DNA of 64,000 nucleotides from Dehalococcoidia bacterium. Lineage in GTDB: Bacteria > Chloroflexota > Dehalococcoidia > Lucifugimonadales > UBA3495. This document shows, piece by piece, positions 58,240 through 64,000 of this stretch. Location: contig CBDCVB010000002.1 of assembly GCA_965222895.1 (NCBI GenBank), forward strand, positions 1,005,608 through 1,069,607, read 5' to 3'. Position 1 is the stretch's first letter. The number at the start of each line of letters is the position of its first letter. Made by a program: the position numbers and the translations under genes. Under the pieces are notes generated by a model. It worked only from the letters and a program-made list of their open reading frames with translations, ran no database searches and was not told the origin of the DNA.

Positions 58240-59011
58240 CCCAATCAGAGTCCCAAGAAACCCCCGTTGGCGTTACTGGTTTTCGACGTGGTTCTGCTCC
58301 CGCCACTCGCAGACTTCGCGGTGGGCAACATCACCGTCCCAGATATCGGTCGCCCATTCGTGCAAGGCGAATGGATTCCGGTAGCGGCCCTAGTGCGTAA
58401 TCTCGGCCCGTCTCCGGGACGCGGGACATTGACATTGAAAGACGCGACTGACGGTACCCATCGGGCGAACATGTACGAGCGCTCAATATCCCTGGAACCG
58501 GGCGAATCCCGTTGGGTGGAATTCACCTGGAAATCGTTGCGCTACGATCCGGGTGAGCGCCACCTGCGTATGGTAGCGGACGGGCATTACGATCCAACCC
58601 GCCACAACAACCGCAGCCAGCTGGCGACCGTAGCGCTGCTTCCGAACAAGGACATCATCATCGGTTTCGGCGACGATTCCGCCGATGCCCTTGTCTTCAA
58701 AGACGCCAGACCACCCGCCCTGCAAACCACCGGAGATGCCCTCGACCAGATTGTGGCATTGGACACCGGCGCATACCAAGCTCTACGCCTCGCTGTTCCG
58801 GAAATCAGTTCGCCAATGCTCGCCGCCCACAATCCGGTCTCAGGTCGGGATTTCGCAGCTACCGCCCAAGTTGTCATGGCAATGCATCGTTTGCATCGAG
58901 CCGCTTACCGGTCGGCACGCCATTGCTCTGACTTGCAACGTCGCCTGGGCAACAGCCACCCGAGGGCCGTTTTGTGTCCTGCCGCGCCGGCCTTGTTGCG
59001 TTGAACCTTTG

Positions 59012-61930
59012 CTATACGACGGCGTCCCGCAGCACCTCGACCAGATGGCGAGCGCGGCGGCCGGTGCCGTGTTCGACCTGTTGGCGACAGGAAACACCCA
59101 TCACCGCCACTTCCCAATCCGGTTTGGCTTCGATGGCGGGGAAGAGCGAAAGCCTGCCAATCTGCATCGATATATCGTAGTGCTCCCTCTCGAAGCCGAA
59201 CGACCCAGCCATCCCGCAGCAACCGGCGTTGATTAATTCCACCTCGTAGCCAGGCGGCATTGCGAGCGCTGACAGCGAGTTGGCAGTGCCGACCATCGCC
59301 TTTTGATGACAGTGCCCGTGGAACAGCACCCGCTTGGTCAGATCGGAAAAGTCCAGATCCAGCCGGTTCTCGGCCTGGGCATTGGCCAGGAATTCGTCGA
59401 TCAAGAACGAATTATCTGCCACCAGTTTGGCCTCTGCGCCGGGGATGAAATCCGGATATTCGTCGCGGAGCGTCAGCAGGCAACTGGGTTCACAGCCGAT
59501 GATGGGCACTCCTCGGTTGGCGAGGGCCACCAGCGGAGCCATGTTTTCGCGGGCTTGCTGACGCGCCTGATCCAGCAAACCCTTGGAAATCATGGGCCGA
59601 CCGCAACACCCGCCGTTGACCAGCTCTACGCCATATCCCCCGGCTTCCAGCAACTCCACGGCGGCGATGCCAATTTCCGGGTAGTTGTAATTCATAAAGG
59701 TATCATTGTAGAGGGCCACGGTGCCGTATTTCGCCGGCGCCGTATCCTTGCGTTGGCGCTGGGCAAACCATTCCGGGAGCGCCTGTCGCGCGAATGGCGG
59801 CTGCTTCCGTTGCCCGCTGATACCCAGCATGGCAGACGCCAACCGCCGGCCAATTCCGGTGCCGGCCAGCCAGTTGGTCACTGGCGCATAGCGGCTGCCC
59901 AGCTTGTTCAGGCTGTTGATATTCGCAAACACCCGCGACCGCAGCGGCACTCCGTGTTTCTGGTGATAGTGATTCAGAAACTCGTACTTCAGCTTGGCCA
60001 TGTCCACACCGGACTCGCACTCCGCCTTGCACGCCTTGCATTCGAGGCATAAATCCAGCGCCTGATGCAGCCGCTGGTCGGTGATCGACCCCTCGGCGCC
60101 TTCCGGCATACGTCCCGACAGCGCCGCCCGCAGGAGGTTGGCGCGTCCGCGGGTGGAATGCTCCTCGTCTCGCGTCGCCATGAACGACGGGCACATCGTC
60201 CCGTCCAGCTTGCGACACGCCCCCATGCCATTGCACATTTCAACCGCGCCTGAATAACCAAAGTCCGACGTGAAATCCAGCGTGGTTTCCAGCGCCATCG
60301 GTTGGTAGGTTGGCCCGTAGCGCAAATTCTCAGTCATCGGTGGCGTGTCGATAATCTTGCCGGGATTCATTATGTCTTTGGGATCCCAGGTATGCTTCAG
60401 TTCACGGAACGCGTTGTAGATTTGGTCTCCAAACATCTTGCGGGTCCAGACGCCGCGCACGATGCCGTCTCCGTGTTCGCCGCTCATGGAGCCGCCAAAC
60501 TCCTTGATCAGGTCGGACACCGCGTCGCCGATGGATACCATCTTGTCCACGCCATCCTGGCTCTTGAGGCTGATCATGGGGCGGATGTGGAGACAGCCCA
60601 CGGCGGCGTGGCCGTAGTAACCGGCGGTAGTTCCGTGGTCGCTGACAATCTCGTCGAACCGGCGCACGAAGTCGCCCATTACTGATGGGTCAACGGCTGG
60701 GTCTTCCACGAAGGGAATGGGTTTGGCGTCCCCGCGTATGCTCATCAGCAGGCCCAGACCTCCCTTCCGGACATTCCAGACGGCTGCCTGGCCGGCCTGA
60801 TCAGAAATGTTGGCGCAAGCGTAGGCCAACCCGATATCGGACTCGAGGGCGTCCATCTTGGCCCGCAACTCGGCGTCCGATTCCCCGTAGAACTCGACAA
60901 TCAGCATCGCCCCTGGGTCGCCTTCAATGAAGGACAACAGTCGCGACTGGCCCAACGCTTCGCGACACCGGTCCAGCACCATTTTGTCAATCATCTCAAC
61001 CGATGATGGATCGTGTTGGAGCACGCGCATGGTGGCTTCGCTGGCGTCGAAAACGCTGCGGAAGTGCAGCACTGACAACGCGGTCATGGTGGGCCGCTGC
61101 ACCAGGTTGACCTTGGCCTCAGTTACCACGCACAGCGTGCCTTCCGAACCCACCACCATCCGTGCCAGGTTCACCGGGCCGTTGTTTCGTTCGTCGCCCA
61201 GAATGAATTCGTCCAGGTTGTACCCGCTCACCCGGCGCTGAATCTTGGCATAGGTGCGGTCAATCTCCTCCTTCTGCTCGCGGGCAATGCGCAGCACGCC
61301 CCGGTAGATGTCGCCCTCCAGCCCGCCGCCGCTGAGCCGGGCTTCCAGTTCGGATGCGCTCAAAGCCCCAAAGTGGGCGGAAGAACCGTCCGAAAGAATG
61401 ACGTCCAGTTCCCGGATGTGGTCCAGGGTCTTGCCGTAGATGACCGAGTGCGCGCCGCAGGTGTTGTTGCCGATGCCGCCGCCGACGCAAGCCCGGTTGG
61501 CTGTGGTTGGGTCAGGGGCGTACTGTAGGCCGTGGGCAGCCACCTGCCTGGTCAACTGCTCCAGGATGATGCCGGGCTCAACCCGCGCCCACTGTTCCTC
61601 GGCGTTGACCTCCAGCACCTTGTTGAGATACTTGCTGAAGTCCATCACTATGGCGTGGTTGACGGTCTGGCCGGCCAGGCTGGTTCCTCCGGAACGCGGC
61701 AGCACGGGGATGCCTTCCGTCGCGGCAAACTCCACCACCGCCTGCACGTCCTCAACGGTACGCGGAATGACTACGCCGATGGGCTCCATCTGGTAGATAC
61801 TGGCATCGGTGCTGTAGAGCAGGCGGGTGTACGGGTCAAAGCGCACCTCGCCGGCCACGCGCCGCTCCAGTTCGTCGGCAATGTCCTGGCGTTCCTTGCC
61901 CCGGATCCTGCGCTGCGTTGCCGTCACCAT
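59012..61930 (-). CDS. FAD-linked oxidase fused to an Fe-S/CCG-domain oxidoreductase (GlcD-GlcF-type, D-lactate/glycolate dehydrogenase-like)
   Basis: 972 aa with an FAD-binding PCMH domain (PRSGGTSLAGQ). Ferredoxin-type CxxCxxC motifs are LCLECKACKAEC and MCNGMGACRK. C-terminal CCG repeats are present. Confidence 0.85.
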   Translation of the reverse strand: MVTATQRRIRGKERQDIADELERRVAGEVRFDPYTRLLYSTDASIYQMEPIGVVIPRTVEDVQAVVEFAATEGIPVLPRSGGTSLAGQTVNHAIVMDFSKYLNKVLEVNAEEQWARVEPGIILEQLTRQVAAHGLQYAPDPTTANRACVGGGIGNNTCGAHSVIYGKTLDHIRELDVILSDGSSAHFGALSASELEARLSGGGLEGDIYRGVLRIAREQKEEIDRTYAKIQRRVSGYNLDEFILGDERNNGPVNLARMVVGSEGTLCVVTEAKVNLVQRPTMTALSVLHFRSVFDASEATMRVLQHDPSSVEMIDKMVLDRCREALGQSRLLSFIEGDPGAMLIVEFYGESDAELRAKMDALESDIGLAYACANISDQAGQAAVWNVRKGGLGLLMSIRGDAKPIPFVEDPAVDPSVMGDFVRRFDEIVSDHGTTAGYYGHAAVGCLHIRPMISLKSQDGVDKMVSIGDAVSDLIKEFGGSMSGEHGDGIVRGVWTRKMFGDQIYNAFRELKHTWDPKDIMNPGKIIDTPPMTENLRYGPTYQPMALETTLDFTSDFGYSGAVEMCNGMGACRKLDGTMCPSFMATRDEEHSTRGRANLLRAALSGRMPEGAEGSITDQRLHQALDLCLECKACKAECESGVDMAKLKYEFLNHYHQKHGVPLRSRVFANINSLNKLGSRYAPVTNWLAGTGIGRRLASAMLGISGQRKQPPFARQALPEWFAQRQRKDTAPAKYGTVALYNDTFMNYNYPEIGIAAVELLEAGGYGVELVNGGCCGRPMISKGLLDQARQQARENMAPLVALANRGVPIIGCEPSCLLTLRDEYPDFIPGAEAKLVADNSFLIDEFLANAQAENRLDLDFSDLTKRVLFHGHCHQKAMVGTANSLSALAMPPGYEVELINAGCCGMAGSFGFEREHYDISMQIGRLSLFPAIEAKPDWEVAVMGVSCRQQVEHGTGRRARHLVEVLRDAVV

Positions 61931-62011
61931 GCTGCGTCCCTCCCGATGCTAAACCACGTGAGCGCAGACAGGTTAGCGCACCGGGCCAACCGGGGCAACT
62001 TGGGCGCCCAC

Positions 62012-62034
62012 TCACGTGTACCCGCTTTGTCATT
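62012..62034. repeat. left part of a palindromic-repeat copy split by IS110
   Basis: TCACGTGTACCCGCTTTGTCATT matches the outer arm plus the first bases of the inner arm (compare 49744-49770). Confidence 0.7.
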
Positions 62035-62276
62035 TGTATGTTGCAAGTGTCCCGCGAATGGGCCAATTTGCGGGGTAGGTGGGAGGGGCGCGTCGTCTGT
62101 CATTAGGTGGGCCAGGCTTGGCAGCTGGGCTGCACCGTCTCGCAGTAGGACACCCCTCCCATAAGGCGCTGGGCTGCTCCGAACGGATACATGGGTGGTT
62201 GTCCCGCAATGCAAGTGTGGAGGGTCCCAGCGCCGCCATTATCACACATATCACACCAGGATCAGGGAGGCGACCG
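62035..62276 (+). ncRNA. candidate bridge-RNA-encoding 5' non-coding region of the IS110 element
   Basis: 242-nt non-coding leader upstream of the recombinase gene. It contains CGCAATG (62205-62211, complementary to the CATTGCG target junction), TGTCATT (62098-62104) and a duplicated GCAAGTGT. Confidence 0.3.
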
Positions 62277-63221
62277 ATGATGCAATCGACGGCAGGGATT
62301 GACGTGGGCAAAAGGGAACTGGACGTGTCGGTGGACGGAGATCGCGCGCGATGCTTTGCCAACACGATGGCTGGGGTTGCTGAGTTAGTGGGTTGGTTGG
62401 GGTCCCAGGGCCCGCTGCTGGCGGTTTGTGAAGCCACTGGGGGATATGAAGGATTGGTGGTGGAGGCGTTGCGCCAAGGTGGAGTACCGGTGCATATCGC
62501 CCATCCCAACCAGGTGCGAGCCTTTGCTCGGGCCTGTGGTTATCAGGCCAAGACCGACGGTTTGGACGCCATGGTGCTGTCTCGGTATGGCCAGGTCTTC
62601 CAACCGGCACCCACCCTGGCCCAGGAGGCGGACCGAGGCCAGTTGCAGGATCTGCTGCGCCGACGGGAGCAGTTGGTGGGCCAGCGCACCCAGGAGAAGA
62701 ACCGGTTGTCCCGGGTTCACAATCCAGCGGCCCAGGATTCCGTACGAAGGCACATCGCCTGGCTGGACCAGGAGATCGGGATGCTGGATGATCAGTACCA
62801 GGAACTCCTGGAGCAGAACGTGGAGTTTCGGCGACAGGTTGAGGTGTATCGCAGCGTGCCGGGTGTGGGTGTCCAGACCGCCGCCGCCCGGGTCGCCTGG
62901 TTGCCCGAGTTGGGCCGGTGTGACGGAAAGGCATTGGCCGCCCTGTGTGGCGTGGCGCCCTGGTCTCGGGACAGCGGTCAAAAGCGGGGCTACCGATCCA
63001 CCCGTGGCGGACGCCGGCCAGTACGACGCGTGCTGTACTTGGCCAGCATGGCCTCAATCCGCAGCGCCGCGGGGTTGGGACACTTCTACCGGCAACTGCG
63101 TCAGCGGGGCAAACCGGGCAAAGTGGCCCTGGTGGCAGTGATGCGGAAGTTGTTGCTGCAACTCAACGCCGTAGCTCGTCGCGGTACCCCTTGGACCGCC
63201 CAATTCCCACCCACCACCTGA
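62277..63221 (+). CDS. IS110 family transposase/recombinase (DEDD + Ser)
   Basis: MMQSTAGIDVGKRELDV, VCEATGGYE, AKTDGLDA, SVPGVGVQTAA and GLAPWSRDSG-like CGVAPWSRDSGQKRG. GGGAGG RBS at 62265-62270. Confidence 0.85.
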   Translation: MMQSTAGIDVGKRELDVSVDGDRARCFANTMAGVAELVGWLGSQGPLLAVCEATGGYEGLVVEALRQGGVPVHIAHPNQVRAFARACGYQAKTDGLDAMVLSRYGQVFQPAPTLAQEADRGQLQDLLRRREQLVGQRTQEKNRLSRVHNPAAQDSVRRHIAWLDQEIGMLDDQYQELLEQNVEFRRQVEVYRSVPGVGVQTAAARVAWLPELGRCDGKALAALCGVAPWSRDSGQKRGYRSTRGGRRPVRRVLYLASMASIRSAAGLGHFYRQLRQRGKPGKVALVAVMRKLLLQLNAVARRGTPWTAQFPPTT

Positions 63222-63249
63222 TCCTCTCTTGACACACAACACAGATACT

Positions 63250-63352
63250 GCGAGGAGCGTTGCGACGTGGCAATCTCGTTCCGGTAGCGACGGTCGTATC
63301 TTCTGCTTCGAGATTGCCACGCTTCGCTCGCAATGACAGTTTACGTAAAGGT
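63250..63352. repeat. right part of the palindromic-repeat copy split by IS110
   Basis: GCGAGGAGCGTTGCGACGTGGCAATCTCG ... CGAGATTGCCACGCTTCGCTCGCAATGACAG. Confidence 0.8.
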
Positions 63353-63464
63353 ATCCGCCGGAAGATGGGACGGGGGTGAAGGCATACCCAACCCGGCTAA
63401 TCTGATCCAAAAAAGGGGCGGCTCTACGAGCCGCCCAGGTAATTATCGGCCAAAGACCGAGGCG

Positions 63465-64000
63465 CTACGGCGTCTCGAATCTGCCCGTGGATACGATGGC
63501 TCCATCCGAAACCTGCCAGATTTCGATGGGACCCACCACGTCGCCGTGCTCATCGAAATCCACCGGGCCGGCGGCTCCCTGGTAGTTTATATCCTGCCCG
63601 GCGGCAATTAGCGCCAGGGCGCGAGCGATGCCCGCCACACCGGCCCCGACCTCTTCGCCGGGTGCATTGGAAATGGAACGCACCGCGTCCCGGATGGCCG
63701 TCGGATCAGTTGTGTTGCCAGCCTTGGCCGCGGCCAGGGCAATCAGAACCACCGCATCGTAGGTTTCGGCGGTGAATGGATGCTCCGGTTCGCCGGCGCC
63801 AAAGGAGTCGGCGTAGGATTGATTGAACGTAGCCAGCGCATCCGTCAGGGGCGAATCCTGGGCTGTGCCGAATGTGCCGTCGAGCGCTTCCCAACCGACT
63901 ACTGCCATCATCTCCGGCGACTTGGTGGCGTCGACAAACAGGAAGGTGTCAGCATAACCGCCCTCGATGGACTCCCTGAGGTAGATTTCGGCCTGACCGG
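63465..64000 (-). CDS. ABC transporter substrate-binding protein (type I PBP, branched-chain-amino-acid-like), partial at window end
   Basis: TAETYDAVVLIALAAAKAG and INYQGAAGPVDFDEHGDVVGPIEIWQV. The frame stays open to position 64000. Confidence 0.7.
   Translation of the reverse strand, partial: GQAEIYLRESIEGGYADTFLFVDATKSPEMMAVVGWEALDGTFGTAQDSPLTDALATFNQSYADSFGAGEPEHPFTAETYDAVVLIALAAAKAGNTTDPTAIRDAVRSISNAPGEEVGAGVAGIARALALIAAGQDINYQGAAGPVDFDEHGDVVGPIEIWQVSDGAIVSTGRFETP

Larger units (their letters stand above)
51133..59004 (+). pseudogene. giant surface protein with about 15 CARDB-like domains and two Cys-containing modules, interrupted by an IS at 56784-58239
   Basis: ORF 51133-56817 (1894 aa, N-terminal TM anchor) and the frame of ORF 58213-59004 join in frame after removing the IS and one CCCAA copy. 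That gives 6411 nt, or 2137 codons including the stop. Confidence 0.85.
62035..63249 (+). mobile_element. IS110-family element (~1215 bp) inserted inside a palindromic repeat
   Basis: No terminal inverted repeats. The repeat sequence ...GTCATT | GCGAGGAGCG... resumes at 63250. Boundaries are good to about 2 nt. Confidence 0.75.

Overview
GC-rich bacterial chromosomal segment. Taxon cannot be fixed from sequence alone; GGAGG ribosome-binding sites and many LLM/F420-type flavin oxidoreductases suggest a Chloroflexota- or Actinomycetota-like genome. Ordinary catabolic and housekeeping genes are present: four luciferase-like monooxygenase (LLM) genes or fragments, NHL and SMP-30 beta-propellers, PuuE-type deacetylase, M19 dipeptidase, M24 peptidase, MFS transporters, acyl-CoA synthetase, a methylcrotonyl-CoA-carboxylase-like BC/BCCP/CT set, quinone oxidoreductase, D-2-hydroxyacid dehydrogenase, a GlcD-GlcF fusion and tRNA-Thr(CGU). 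These are interleaved with a very dense mobile-element layer. It comprises IS66 x2 plus a 114-bp IS66-type MITE, IS21 remnants x2, IS1595, four IS630-type copies plus a 161-bp IS630-type MITE in a nested pile-up, two IS4/IS701-like elements, an IS5/IS427-like element and an IS110 element. Six observations stand out. (1) A UGSC-motif selenoprotein gene has an in-frame TGA and a hairpin 5 nt downstream. (2) A roughly 2136-codon surface protein with about 15 CARDB-like domains is split by an IS with a 5-bp target duplication; removing the IS restores the frame exactly. (3) A composite palindromic repeat family forms a 5-unit tandem array with a ~154-bp period and occurs as dispersed single copies. 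(4) The IS110 element sits inside one of those copies and has a 242-nt 5' non-coding region (bridge-RNA candidate). (5) A DNA methyltransferase-HNH fusion is inactivated by the MITE and by an out-of-frame G10 tract. (6) Both full-length IS630 copies share a 23-nt insertion that separates the catalytic glutamate from the rest of the transposase. Several non-IS genes also carry frameshifts, which could be real decay or assembly indels. All family calls come from reading the translations by eye; no searches were run.
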